DNA of 41,508 nt from a virus (lineage: Duplodnaviria > Caudoviricetes): positions 1 to 41,508 of the IMG/VR virus record IMGVR_UViG_3300020045_003383; one strand, 5' to 3'. Shown here in pieces: positions 18,590-27,959 of this stretch. The notes under the pieces were generated by a model that searched no databases, was not told the origin of the DNA, and saw nothing but the letters and a program-made list of their open reading frames with translations. Within the stretch, counting starts at the first letter, position 1; the number at the start of each line of letters is the position of its first letter. The position numbers and the translations under genes are program-made.

Positions 18590-18597
18590 GATAGTTC

Positions 18598-18993
18598 CTA
18601 TTGATTAGTATAAGTTAAATCGGTAGATAGACCTGCCCAGCGCTCAATGACTTGAATAACTAGACTGCCTGACTTAGATAAGCCTCGAACAGAAAAAGTT
18701 TCTGATAAAAGCGAAGAAGTAATTGCATGCCCTTTAGGACAGAAAAGACAATTAGGCTTAAACTCGCCGCTTACAATAGCAGTAGCTTCCGCTTCAAATA
18801 CTACGTAGCATTCTTCAGAAGCATAGAAAATAGCAACTTCTGCCGAGGCTGGAAGAACGTACTCAGTCAAAGAGCCTACTAAAAAGTCTGCAATTAAAAC
18901 CCCATTAGGTCTTAGCACATCTAATGGGATAGGAACGCCTTCTGGGCTAGATAGGATATAATTATCCTGTGGGACATTAGGGTCAAGTGCCAT
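18598..18993 (-). CDS. Hypothetical structural protein (beta-rich)
   Basis: Start overlaps upstream stop; within structural operon. Confidence 0.6.
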   Translation of the reverse strand: MALDPNVPQDNYILSSPEGVPIPLDVLRPNGVLIADFLVGSLTEYVLPASAEVAIFYASEECYVVFEAEATAIVSGEFKPNCLFCPKGHAITSSLLSETFSVRGLSKSGSLVIQVIERWAGLSTDLTYTNQ

Positions 18994-19391
18994 TATTTGC
19001 TCCCTTGGAATTCTTTTAATCGTTTATTATAGTAAGTATGTCCGCCAATGCGTACGCCTTTGTACATAGCCCAAGCTAAGGCATGGGAAATATCAGAAGC
19101 TCGTAATGCATAGTAGAATAACTTATCACAAGTTTCTTGGTCAAACATAAGAGTTGTGTAAAGCCAGTCGTGTAATACGGCAGCCTTATGACCTCGCCCG
19201 CCCACTAGCCAGTAGATAACTGGAACACGTGGAACAGAAGCTAAGTCTGTGTGAAAGCCTTCTGGCACTACTACTTCTTCTGCATAGATAGAAACATAAA
19301 AGTCTTCTTTTAACTCAAAAGCATTGTCTTTTACTACTTTTAATATTAAGTCTGTTATAAACTTAATAGGATTTTCTGCTGATAAAGTCAT
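18993..19391 (-). CDS. DUF1353 family protein
   Basis: VPEGFHTDLASVP..AAVLHDWLY..CDKLF..MYKGVRIGG signature. Confidence 0.85.
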   Translation of the reverse strand: MTLSAENPIKFITDLILKVVKDNAFELKEDFYVSIYAEEVVVPEGFHTDLASVPRVPVIYWLVGGRGHKAAVLHDWLYTTLMFDQETCDKLFYYALRASDISHALAWAMYKGVRIGGHTYYNKRLKEFQGSK

Positions 19392-19733
19392 TTACTTAAC
19401 TCCATTATGTTCTAAAGAGTAGTGGTTGCCATCATTAAATCTGCCGCCCCAAGTGCCGCCCATGCTTTCCCACTTCTCTCCAATAGGCTTATGGTCTTCT
19501 GTGGTTTGGAGAAACTTGCCATTTTTAAATAAGTTCAAATCACGTGCAAGTCTGTTTTTATGGGCCGATTTGCCTTCACTGTATGAACCTTTAACTCCTT
19601 GTGCGCCATGCACTCTAGGGTCACGGAAAGAGTCGCCTTCTGTCATTTCATAGCCTTGAGCATACGCCCAGATTATAAGATGCGAAATCATGATAGTAAA
19701 GCGACTTTGTTTTTGTCTGAGAGATTCTTTCAT
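19392..19733 (-). CDS. Endolysin, M15 family (L-Ala-D-Glu-type) peptidase
   Basis: SAHKNRLARDL (H/D zinc ligands), WGGRF.DGNHYS. Confidence 0.9.
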   Translation of the reverse strand: MKESLRQKQSRFTIMISHLIIWAYAQGYEMTEGDSFRDPRVHGAQGVKGSYSEGKSAHKNRLARDLNLFKNGKFLQTTEDHKPIGEKWESMGGTWGGRFNDGNHYSLEHNGVK

Positions 19734-19747
19734 TTTATTAAAGCCTT

Positions 19748-20887
19748 TTAGATATAAGGGTAATCTTCTAACACTTCTGTACGAGTATATACTTCTAAAG
19801 ACTCAAAGTAAATTGTTTTTGCCGCTGAGGTAGCTACGGTTGAGTGCTTTGCCCCTGCTATCCAGTCTGAAGCAGTTTCTGGTACTTGAGATACAGGATA
19901 GATTTGTTCAAAGTACTCTGTTTTATATGGAGAAACTCGGGCAGAGCCTACTTCTTGAATAGCTTCTACGGCTACGGAAACTCTTATTCTAAAGTCTTTT
20001 AAAGGCTCAATGATAACTTCTACTGTGCGGTCTACATTATTAGCAGAAACAGTAGTATCAGCAGGGTAAGGAATTCCAGTGTCTACGTGGAAGTTTGCGC
20101 CATTTAGTCTGTTTACAATATGAATAGTACCTGGGTTTAAGCCCCCTGCTGAAGTACCTTCTACTGCAATTCCAAGGCAGTTTGCATATTCTGCATTAGA
20201 GATAGCAGCATTGGTAAAAGCAGTCTCTCCTCTTTTAAGACCTGCGAATACTCGATAGTTTGTAGAAGCAATTCCTGGTAAAGCAAAGCGAATAATTACA
20301 GGCTCTTTATTTGCCCAGCAAGCTACAGAAGTTCTAAAAGCAGCTACTGCGGTGGTAGAGGCAGTGCCTACTACATAAGAAACTCCTTTCTTTCTGTCAT
20401 TTATCCCTACATCTGCTTTTGCTGTAATAGTTCCTTGCCCCGTAATTACTCCTGCTACCGTAAAAAGAGTAGTTACTTTTTTCATGGCATACACACCAAA
20501 AAGAATATCTCGAAGACTTCTTTGTAAATCAAATCGTTTTATTTTAGCCTCACCTATCTTAGCAACAGTAGTCCCTGTTACCTGCTTATTCACTATTACA
20601 TTACTATAGCAAGTTACTCTATTACCTGCTTGGTCAAGAAATAAGTTTGTATAAGGAAAAAAGTCGCCATTCGTATATCCGTAAGAAGCGGGGGCATAGA
20701 TAGTAGCATCAGTGGAAGCAAACGAACTAATATCAGGATTAATTTCTTCTAGTTTATCATTGCGCACCGCTAGAATTCTTTTGCTTGTAGTAGAATACAC
20801 AATGGCATTATTATTACCTGCTGTAACTGCCCCATTCTGAGCAATAGGTAATTCTAATAGACGTTGGAAAGATACGACTTTTTGCAT
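19748..20887 (-). CDS. Putative tail fibre/receptor-binding protein (lectin-like C-terminus)
   Basis: Beta-rich, T/A/V-rich; AAGGAG RBS; located among tail genes. Confidence 0.45.
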   Translation of the reverse strand: MQKVVSFQRLLELPIAQNGAVTAGNNNAIVYSTTSKRILAVRNDKLEEINPDISSFASTDATIYAPASYGYTNGDFFPYTNLFLDQAGNRVTCYSNVIVNKQVTGTTVAKIGEAKIKRFDLQRSLRDILFGVYAMKKVTTLFTVAGVITGQGTITAKADVGINDRKKGVSYVVGTASTTAVAAFRTSVACWANKEPVIIRFALPGIASTNYRVFAGLKRGETAFTNAAISNAEYANCLGIAVEGTSAGGLNPGTIHIVNRLNGANFHVDTGIPYPADTTVSANNVDRTVEVIIEPLKDFRIRVSVAVEAIQEVGSARVSPYKTEYFEQIYPVSQVPETASDWIAGAKHSTVATSAAKTIYFESLEVYTRTEVLEDYPYI

Positions 20888-20910
20888 GGTAAGACTCCTT
20901 TTAAATAGCC

Positions 20911-20931
20911 AAAAGCCCCAATAAAGGGGCT
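20911..20931 (-). terminator. Intrinsic terminator
   Basis: Minus strand AGCCCC-TTTATT-GGGGCT followed by TTT. Confidence 0.6.
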
Positions 20932-20955
20932 ATAAGAAAAGACTTTTAGTATTAA

Positions 20956-21327
20956 TTAAGGAATATTTTGCCCAATTACAGTCACACGATAGAAGTTTGC
21001 AGCTGGGGCAGTAGCAAACTTCACTGTAATAGTATCATCTGTAGTTAATTCTACTTCAGCCATCACAATACTAAATGGGGCAGCTGCCTCTGCTACAGTA
21101 ACAGCTACTTGTTTATTGTTTAGGCTATGCGTTACAACAATAGAAGTGGCTGCGGCATCGCCTATTAATACTGAGTAAGTAGCTGCCCCTCCGCCTCCGC
21201 CAGCCGCGGCAATCAAATTTGCTACTTGGTCAAGACTGACTGCTTCATCAGGGTCTGTTGCTACTGGCAAGCCTGTTAGTCTGGCACCACCTACTAATTC
21301 TACATCACTTACAATTTTTTGAGCCAT
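20956..21327 (-). CDS. Fibre/decoration-like virion protein
   Basis: LTGLP.ATDPDEAVSLDQV neck-like motif, poly-G linker, VTHSLNN..V.VTV module. Confidence 0.55.
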   Translation of the reverse strand: MAQKIVSDVELVGGARLTGLPVATDPDEAVSLDQVANLIAAAGGGGGAATYSVLIGDAAATSIVVTHSLNNKQVAVTVAEAAAPFSIVMAEVELTTDDTITVKFATAPAANFYRVTVIGQNIP

Positions 21328-21352
21328 TTTACTTTCCTTTAATTAAAAAGTC

Positions 21353-22081
21353 TTACGTTAATATAACAGTGCCTACTGCAGAGCTAGCTAGTCTTACTTC
21401 TAAGACATCCAAGCTAGTATAGGATATCTCAGCTAATACTTCTTCTCCTGCAATAAATACTTTTACAGCAGGAAGGTAATGTAAGTTATGAGTAATTTCC
21501 CATACAGCAGAAGCTACTACAATTTCAAATTCAATGTTTAAGTCTTTTATTTCAAAGCCTTCTCCATCAGCTACTGTTTTGCTAATAATTCTTCCTACTG
21601 AAGAGCCTGTTGGACCAAACATAGCACTAAGGTTAGACAGATTCTCATTTAGAGGCTGCTTAAGTTCTATTTGAGCTAGTAGAAAGTCTATGTTTGCATC
21701 AATTAGTTCATGCGTCAGAGTTCCAATGTCAGTTAAATCTAAATGGCTAGTAATGGGCGGAGTAGTATCAATAGCAACTAACTCATACCCAGTAGCCCCT
21801 ACGTTAACCGCTAAGACTTTTCCTCCTTGCCCTACTAATGACAAGTCTGCAATAGCCTGTAAGACAGAAGGAAGCTCATAAGGGTCTCCTCCTCCAACTA
21901 ATGCCCATGAAGGGGGGTCTGCTACGTTAAGCACATACAAATTTCCAGTGTCTAGTGTTTTAGCGACTTTGCCTTCATCTTCGCCTTCTACTACAACTAC
22001 TCCTGCTAATGCTGCAAAGTTAGCTACATTAAAAGCCACAATGCCATGCATATCAGCAGGTAACATATTCTTATGTAGCAT
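21353..22081 (-). CDS. Fibre-like virion protein
   Basis: SHLDLTDIG..TH..ID trimer motif, LKQPLNENL, C-terminal WEITHNLHYLPAV.V module related to the one in 20956-21327. Confidence 0.55.
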   Translation of the reverse strand: MLHKNMLPADMHGIVAFNVANFAALAGVVVVEGEDEGKVAKTLDTGNLYVLNVADPPSWALVGGGDPYELPSVLQAIADLSLVGQGGKVLAVNVGATGYELVAIDTTPPITSHLDLTDIGTLTHELIDANIDFLLAQIELKQPLNENLSNLSAMFGPTGSSVGRIISKTVADGEGFEIKDLNIEFEIVVASAVWEITHNLHYLPAVKVFIAGEEVLAEISYTSLDVLEVRLASSAVGTVILT

Positions 22082-22082
22082 G

Positions 22083-22256
22083 TTATTCTACCTCTCTCAA
22101 AGGATTAGCTAATGCCATAACAATATCTCCCCCAATGGTAAAGACTAGCTCACCTGGAGGAGCTATTACAGGCTCATAAATTCCGCTACTAGGAGTAGAA
22201 GCTTCTTCCTCAGAATTAGTAATCTTTACAAAAGCATTATTCCTAGTAGCAGTCAT
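22083..22256 (-). CDS. Small hypothetical protein, 57 aa (not in ORF track)
   Basis: MTATRNNAFVKITNSEEEASTPSSGIYEPVIAPPGELVFTIGGDIVMALANPLREVE; ATG overlaps upstream TAA and fills the gap exactly. Confidence 0.75.
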   Translation of the reverse strand: MTATRNNAFVKITNSEEEASTPSSGIYEPVIAPPGELVFTIGGDIVMALANPLREVE

Positions 22257-22495
22257 TATCCTTTCTCCCTTGATACGGCATCTTTGAACTCAAGTAAAGC
22301 TACCCTGTTTTGAATAGTAGTTATCTCTACCCGAAGTTCTTTGTCAATATTCTGCATGCACTTAGATATTTCATCTAGTCTGTCATGCACCCGAGTTCCT
22401 ATCCAACCTAGAAGGACAATCAAAACAGCTACTAAGCCTGCAATGATTTCTAACAAGGTCGCTAGGACTGTTGCATTGGAAAAAAGCATTTCCAT
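22256..22495 (-). CDS. Membrane-anchored coiled-coil protein (holin candidate)
   Basis: One strong TM segment (IIAGLVAVLIVLLGWIG) followed by coiled coil. Confidence 0.45.
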   Translation of the reverse strand: MEMLFSNATVLATLLEIIAGLVAVLIVLLGWIGTRVHDRLDEISKCMQNIDKELRVEITTIQNRVALLEFKDAVSREKG

Positions 22496-22497
22496 AG

Positions 22498-23088
22498 TTA
22501 TCCTAGGTTTATACCGTACTTAAAGTCACGTTGAGCAGAGATAAACGCAAGGGCAAATAACTGTTCTTGCTTTGCGGTTTCAGTAGTATTCCCTACTTCA
22601 GAAAATACTAAAGCTGCTGCTTTGTGTAACACCATATACGGAGAGTCTTCAAGAAGCCAGTACTGAGGAGAAGATGCAGTCATTACTGGCGCATTGCGGA
22701 AATAGCCTACAATAAGACCTGGGCTAGGAGCTTTTAATTTAAGCTGCAAAGAATCCCCTGTAATGTAAAAAACGTCTAGCTTCTCTACATTATCTTGAAA
22801 CACAAAGTCTGCGCCTTTATGGCAAAGATAAGAGTTTCGGTTATTTGGTCTAATGTAAGTAAACTTCCTAAAGCGAGGAAAAGTACCTAATGGAATAGAA
22901 TGAATAGTAGCAGAAGGGTCTAAGGTTAAAGTAGCAAAGTCCACGGCTACCTCATCAGTATCGCGAGCAAAGTTGCCTTCTGTTGCAATAAAAGACAAAG
23001 CTGCATTAATTGCCCTATTAATAGATTGCACCTTGTCAGGGCGCTTAGTCATATCTACTACTTCTGCTACTGCTTCTGTGAATGTCAT
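22498..23088 (-). CDS. Head-tail adaptor protein
   Basis: MTFTEAVAEV..KRPDK..INRAINAA; C-terminal WLLEDSPYMVLHKAA; downstream of capsid. Confidence 0.7.
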   Translation of the reverse strand: MTFTEAVAEVVDMTKRPDKVQSINRAINAALSFIATEGNFARDTDEVAVDFATLTLDPSATIHSIPLGTFPRFRKFTYIRPNNRNSYLCHKGADFVFQDNVEKLDVFYITGDSLQLKLKAPSPGLIVGYFRNAPVMTASSPQYWLLEDSPYMVLHKAAALVFSEVGNTTETAKQEQLFALAFISAQRDFKYGINLG

Positions 23089-23104
23089 TACTATCCCCTT
23101 AGGA

Positions 23105-23602
23105 TTAAACTACTTTTTCTGCTTTGCCTGCTGCCGCAAAATATTCTAACTGGTCAATTGCTTCAGCTGGTAAGCCTTCTACTTCGTAATAACCAAAGCG
23201 GTTAGGGTAGTAGCGTTTTCCATGCGACATGGTTAATGAGTGCAGACGAATGTTTTTATAATCGCCTGCTTTTGGCTCATACGGGGCAGTGATAGAATCC
23301 ATTTGCGCCATAATTGCATCTAAGCTCTGAGAATTGCCTAAGCCCGTAGAAATAGGTGCAACGCCTGGGTTAGCACCAAAGCTTTTGCTAGCGCCTAAGA
23401 CTTTTTCAGTGAAGCCAGTTTCTGCGTCTTGTAAGGCAGCTGGTTGTTCTAAGGCAGCTTGAGCTTCTAATGTCTTTGCAAGGGCTTCTGCATTAACAAG
23501 AGAAGTATCTAATTCAGGGGCATTTTCTTTTAATCCTTCTTCTGGTTTTACTTCTGATTCTGCTGAGGCTGCTTTTGCAGCTAATACGTCTTTTAGTGAC
23601 AT
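23105..23602 (-). CDS. Hypothetical protein downstream of capsid (165 aa)
   Basis: Start moved to ATG 23602 with AAAGGA RBS (MSLKDVLAAK..). Confidence 0.7.
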   Translation of the reverse strand: MSLKDVLAAKAASAESEVKPEEGLKENAPELDTSLVNAEALAKTLEAQAALEQPAALQDAETGFTEKVLGASKSFGANPGVAPISTGLGNSQSLDAIMAQMDSITAPYEPKAGDYKNIRLHSLTMSHGKRYYPNRFGYYEVEGLPAEAIDQLEYFAAAGKAEKVV

Positions 23603-23631
23603 GGTAGTTCCTTTGTGAGTATTTGAATAAA

Positions 23632-23685
23632 TTAAAACCCCTACCATAGGGGCTAAGCGAGGAGTGGCGCTATCTATGGTAGGGG
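23632..23685 (-). terminator. Long hairpin after major capsid gene (terminator/attenuator)
   Basis: 12-bp stem CCCCTACCATAG(23638-23649)/CTATGGTAGGGG(23674-23685), inner AGCG/CGCT stem; TTTT follows on minus strand. Confidence 0.7.
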
Positions 23686-23713
23686 AAACCTTCTAACCTA
23701 AGTCAGAAGTTTT

Positions 23714-24907
23714 TTAAGCGGCAGCTGTTAAACCTTCAATCAAAGCACAGCCATAAGGGTTTACTAACTCTACAGCACATTCTGTTGTAAGTGAGCCACC
23801 TACACCATCAATGCCGCCTTCAAGAATTTTGCCGTTAGTGCCGTATTCTTCTGGCTTAGTATCACGACCATCCATGTAGGCTAATTTCAATGCCATAGGG
23901 TCTAACACAAGAGCCATGCCTTGACGACCTAAGCCGTTAAGCATAGGGTGCTCTTTCATGTGAATAGTACCTTTGTAGAATGTCATGGTTTGGAATTTCA
24001 TACCGAAATTAGTTTCAGTCTGTACGATATTCACTTCACCATAGAGGCGACCAATGTTATGCAACACACGGATAGCCTGTGAGTCACCTAAAAGAATACG
24101 CTCATTAGGATTACCAGCATCAGTAGAGTAAGTGAACGCTGGCTCTAACATTGAAACCATTTGGTCGTATGTAGTAGTCGCACCTGCTTGGTTAGTATTT
24201 GCAGGAGCATACTGTTCCATGGCATCAATTACGCCTTGCGTAGAGTGGATAATCTGACCACCAGAAGTGTCCATCTTAGCCTGACCCCAAATGATAGCAG
24301 TTTCAATGTTCATTGCGTGAAACATGCCACATTCTTTTTTGTCTTCTGCTACGTTAGAGTAGCCCATTTCAGCCATAGAAGCACGAGCAGTATCAGTTAA
24401 GCCCCAAGCGTCACGGAAAATTTGAGTGAAGTTTGGAATGTAAGTAGTCTGCAAACGACGAGCAGTAGGACGAGTAGAGCCTTCTTCAAAAGCAGTACCA
24501 ACTTGGAACAAGTCGTCGCCGATGTTCATAGCAGCCGCTGCGACACGACCAAAGCCACGCACTACGGTAATGTTTGTAGCGTCTACTACTGCTGATACAC
24601 GAACGTTTTCACGTGTGCGCTCGTTATGTAGTACAACGCCTGCTACCATACCTGCAGTAGAAGGCACTACAATGTTAGTAGCTACGTTAGTTACAGCAGC
24701 AGCTAAAGTCTGCATTACAAAGGTCATTGTTTTTGAGAAGTAGCCATGAGTAGCAGACTTCGCACGTGAGCGACCTACCATAGAGCTAATACCAAACAAA
24801 GGAGCAGAGCCATCAGGGAATAAACGAGTAATGTTAGCAGCAAAGCTACGTGCGTTTAATTCTGTTGGGTTAAGGGTAGTATTAAAAATACCAGTTGTTA
24901 AAGCCAT
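23714..24907 (-). CDS. Major capsid protein (SU10/DUF5309-type)
   Basis: VGTAFEEGS.RP..NFTQIFRDAWGLTDT, IETAIIWG, STQGVI, TTECAVE; inserted beta domain; start at MALTTG with GAAGGA RBS. Confidence 0.9.
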   Translation of the reverse strand: MALTTGIFNTTLNPTELNARSFAANITRLFPDGSAPLFGISSMVGRSRAKSATHGYFSKTMTFVMQTLAAAVTNVATNIVVPSTAGMVAGVVLHNERTRENVRVSAVVDATNITVVRGFGRVAAAAMNIGDDLFQVGTAFEEGSTRPTARRLQTTYIPNFTQIFRDAWGLTDTARASMAEMGYSNVAEDKKECGMFHAMNIETAIIWGQAKMDTSGGQIIHSTQGVIDAMEQYAPANTNQAGATTTYDQMVSMLEPAFTYSTDAGNPNERILLGDSQAIRVLHNIGRLYGEVNIVQTETNFGMKFQTMTFYKGTIHMKEHPMLNGLGRQGMALVLDPMALKLAYMDGRDTKPEEYGTNGKILEGGIDGVGGSLTTECAVELVNPYGCALIEGLTAAA

Positions 24908-24947
24908 GATTATTTCCTTCAAAATTGTAAAACAGGTTTAACGCAGA

Positions 24948-25703
24948 CTAATTAAAATAAGAAGTCCAATCTACTTCACCAGACTTTTCTTTATCTTTCT
25001 TAGCTGCATCTTCGGCAGAAGTGCCATTAATTGCATTAGCCATTTCAACAACGTATTCTTTTGCCATACGGGCAATATCAGCAGGAGCTGCGTCTGGATT
25101 AGCCTTAGCTAAGCGTTGCGCTACTTCTGTTAGTTGTTGTTTGACTACTGGGTGGTTAAAATTAGCTGTAGTGCTAAGTTCTTGTTGCGTTAGTTGCGAG
25201 TTTACCTTAGAAGCAAAGCCTTTTTCATCAAAGGATAAACGTTGGTTAATAAACTGGTCTGATAGCTTAGACCCATGGTCTAAGGCAGACTGGTAGGAGC
25301 TACGGCTAGCATGTTGAATTACTTCAAGGAAAGAAGCCGCATCACCTGTCATTGCTTTTTGTAGAAGTTCTTGGTCAAGCCCCTGTAAGAAGTCCATAGA
25401 CTTTGCAGTAGCTTCTAATTTGTCTTTAGGTAAGTCAAATTTTGGTACAGTGTTCTGTTCACCGTTATCAGTATTCTGAAACATTGAGGTGAAAGCGTCA
25501 AGTGGATTTTTAGCTTCGTTAGGATTTCCGTGTTCGCCTTTATCCATAATACCACTGTTAGTCTGTTGTTGATTGCCATTCTGTTGCTGTTGGTTTTGTT
25601 GCTGATTACCTTGTTGGTTGCCTTGTTGTTGCTGATTCTGCTGTTGTTGATTAGTATTTTGTTGCTGTTGATTTTTGTTACCAAAAAGATTAGGGAATGC
25701 CAT
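24948..25703 (-). CDS. Capsid scaffolding protein
   Basis: Between portal and capsid; helical; Q/N-rich N-terminus; C-terminal VDWTSYFN. Confidence 0.75.
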   Translation of the reverse strand: MAFPNLFGNKNQQQQNTNQQQQNQQQQGNQQGNQQQNQQQQNGNQQQTNSGIMDKGEHGNPNEAKNPLDAFTSMFQNTDNGEQNTVPKFDLPKDKLEATAKSMDFLQGLDQELLQKAMTGDAASFLEVIQHASRSSYQSALDHGSKLSDQFINQRLSFDEKGFASKVNSQLTQQELSTTANFNHPVVKQQLTEVAQRLAKANPDAAPADIARMAKEYVVEMANAINGTSAEDAAKKDKEKSGEVDWTSYFN

Positions 25704-25730
25704 GATACTACTCCTATTGAATGGATAAAA

Positions 25731-25985
25731 TTACACTTGGGTTGGTTGTGGGGGATAGGCTACTTCTAGCATCTCGGAAATGATTGCTACGCCTCCCTGT
25801 GAAAAAGAAGCCCTTAATTGGAAATCTACTGCAGTGGGGAATTCCATTGCTCTAGCATTTACCAAATCAAAGGCCGTCTGCTCTGCTACAGCTTTTAAGT
25901 ACTTGACTAAGACTGGGGTTCTTAATACTTGTACTAATTCAAGTTCTTCTGCTTCATTTAAAACTACTGCTTTAAATAATTCCAT
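25731..25985 (-). CDS. Small helical head-assembly-associated protein
   Basis: AGGAG RBS; between portal and scaffold; ..SQG..I..L pattern. Confidence 0.55.
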   Translation of the reverse strand: MELFKAVVLNEAEELELVQVLRTPVLVKYLKAVAEQTAFDLVNARAMEFPTAVDFQLRASFSQGGVAIISEMLEVAYPPQPTQV

Positions 25986-26015
25986 GTTACTCTCCTATTT
26001 TACTTCTACTAAATT

Positions 26016-27950
26016 CTACTGGTTAAGCAAAGGCGCTACGGGTGCGGTAGACTGGGTTGCTGGTTGAACTACTTGTCCTTGCGCTGGTTGTGGCAAATAT
26101 AAGTCTAAGTTCTTAACTCCGCCTAGACTCATCATATGCGAGAACATGTTACCTAGTCCTTGCCCAAACTGCTGTTGCAAGATAGGAGAATTCATTATCA
26201 TGTTCATGCCTGCTGTAAGCATATCAGTTGAAGCAAGAGTAGACTTAGGTGAGTAACCATCAGCGAGTTTAAAAGCTAAGACTTCTTTACGTAAAGCGTC
26301 TATATCAATATCAACTACTTCGCCTGTGCGCTGAGATACTACCTTAGCATTCTCCCCAAACTGGAAAATATTTAAAGCTAAGATTTGTTTTAATGGCGTA
26401 AAGACTTGGCATTGTAGAATCAAAGCTGGTAGTCTTAGTCTTGAATCAGACCCGCCAATAGTATCTTCCCACTCACGCACAGACTTATTACCTTTCTGGA
26501 ACTGTCCTTGTTGCGGTCCGTTGATACCAGAGAGTTCTTGGCTAAAGCCTACTATTACACGCGCATCAGACAATGTTGTTTCAGTGCCGCGCATATCAAA
26601 GGGAATTTGTTTATACGCATTATCAAAGCCTAATGTAGACAAAGCCTTAAAGCGGACTGGAATTTTAGCAGAAGCCACTTTGCTATTAGCATGGTCTGGG
26701 TTAATTAAGTCTGGGTTATATAAAGCTCTGTCGCTTACTGCGCGTCTAGCTGCTGAGAAACGAATGTTAAATAAAGTAGAAGCTGCGTCTTGAAATGGAA
26801 TAGCCCCTTCTGCTAAAGACTGAGTCTGATAGCCTAAACCATCTTCTAAAGGTTGCCCCATTAGGATAGGAAGAAGGTCATAAGCAGAGATTAGTCTTTC
26901 TGCCTGCACTACTACTTCGCCATTGACTACTACAAACTTCCAAATCTGTGGAGTATTAGGAGAAGGAGCTTTAATGTCCATATCATCAGGAAGAATACGA
27001 GCATATACAGTAATTTTTTCATACGAAGAGCCATCATAAAGGTTAGTCTTTTTCTTTTTACCCACTGCGTTAGGCTCAAAGTACGTTGACCAGTCTGTAT
27101 CACCTTTGGCTACTGTTCGTGTTACATATTCTGATACAGTAGGGTGGTCACGGAAGTTGCCTGAATAGTTATTAGATACTGTGCCAGTAGAAGCTGTATC
27201 ACGACGAAGGTTTAATGCTTCTTTTACGTTCATTGATTTCTTTTCGTTAGAAAGTCTGTTCAAGAAGCGTTTCATCTTTTGCTTAGTAACAATTTCAATG
27301 TAGCCCGCATAGTCGCCTTCAGTAGCTACGTCGCCTGGATTTACAGAAGTATCCCATAAAAGATTATAAGGGTCTAGGCGTTTTAGCTTATTAAGATAGT
27401 TTAGCTTCTTATCTACTTTACGACCTTTAGCTACATCTTGAAAGTCTGACTCTACTGAGAATTGGTCAATTGAAGACCATTCTACTTCTAAGCCAGAGAA
27501 GTTATACTTTAATCCATCTCGTAAGAACATACTAAGCTGGCGCACATAGCCGCCTAATTGAGCATGGTCGTCTAAAAGGACTTCTAGTTTTTCACCAGTA
27601 GATACTTTGTTAGGAGGAGATACTACAGGGAACAAAGGAGTACCACTTAAGAAAATATCACTTAAGTAAGCAGTCATAGTATCCACTTGAGATACTACAA
27701 TAGGAGGAATTATGTTGTCTGAATCAAATACGTTACCACAGCCTACGTCTTTATCACGAGAATTATCTCTTCCAGAAACGTCTAAGCCTTGCGGGAGAAC
27801 AGAAGTCTCTTTATATCGAGCATAGGCAATGTCGATATTCTCCATCTTAGTGTAAATTTCTTGAAACTTCTGGCGCTTTTCTAGAATTCCCTTAACGAGA
27901 CTAATGATATTCTTCTGAGCTTTGTCGTTTACGATAATGGTATCAGCCAT
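26016..27950 (-). CDS. Portal protein
   Basis: 644 aa directly after TerL; PPIVVSQVD, RLDPYNLLWD, ELSGINGPQQGQFQKGNKS. Confidence 0.85.
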   Translation of the reverse strand: MADTIIVNDKAQKNIISLVKGILEKRQKFQEIYTKMENIDIAYARYKETSVLPQGLDVSGRDNSRDKDVGCGNVFDSDNIIPPIVVSQVDTMTAYLSDIFLSGTPLFPVVSPPNKVSTGEKLEVLLDDHAQLGGYVRQLSMFLRDGLKYNFSGLEVEWSSIDQFSVESDFQDVAKGRKVDKKLNYLNKLKRLDPYNLLWDTSVNPGDVATEGDYAGYIEIVTKQKMKRFLNRLSNEKKSMNVKEALNLRRDTASTGTVSNNYSGNFRDHPTVSEYVTRTVAKGDTDWSTYFEPNAVGKKKKTNLYDGSSYEKITVYARILPDDMDIKAPSPNTPQIWKFVVVNGEVVVQAERLISAYDLLPILMGQPLEDGLGYQTQSLAEGAIPFQDAASTLFNIRFSAARRAVSDRALYNPDLINPDHANSKVASAKIPVRFKALSTLGFDNAYKQIPFDMRGTETTLSDARVIVGFSQELSGINGPQQGQFQKGNKSVREWEDTIGGSDSRLRLPALILQCQVFTPLKQILALNIFQFGENAKVVSQRTGEVVDIDIDALRKEVLAFKLADGYSPKSTLASTDMLTAGMNMIMNSPILQQQFGQGLGNMFSHMMSLGGVKNLDLYLPQPAQGQVVQPATQSTAPVAPLLNQ

Positions 27951-27959
27951 GATTCTTCC

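Noticed and set aside
23603-23647. ORF-track start at 23647
   Set aside because: Lies inside the post-capsid hairpin; ATG 23602 has a clear AAAGGA RBS.
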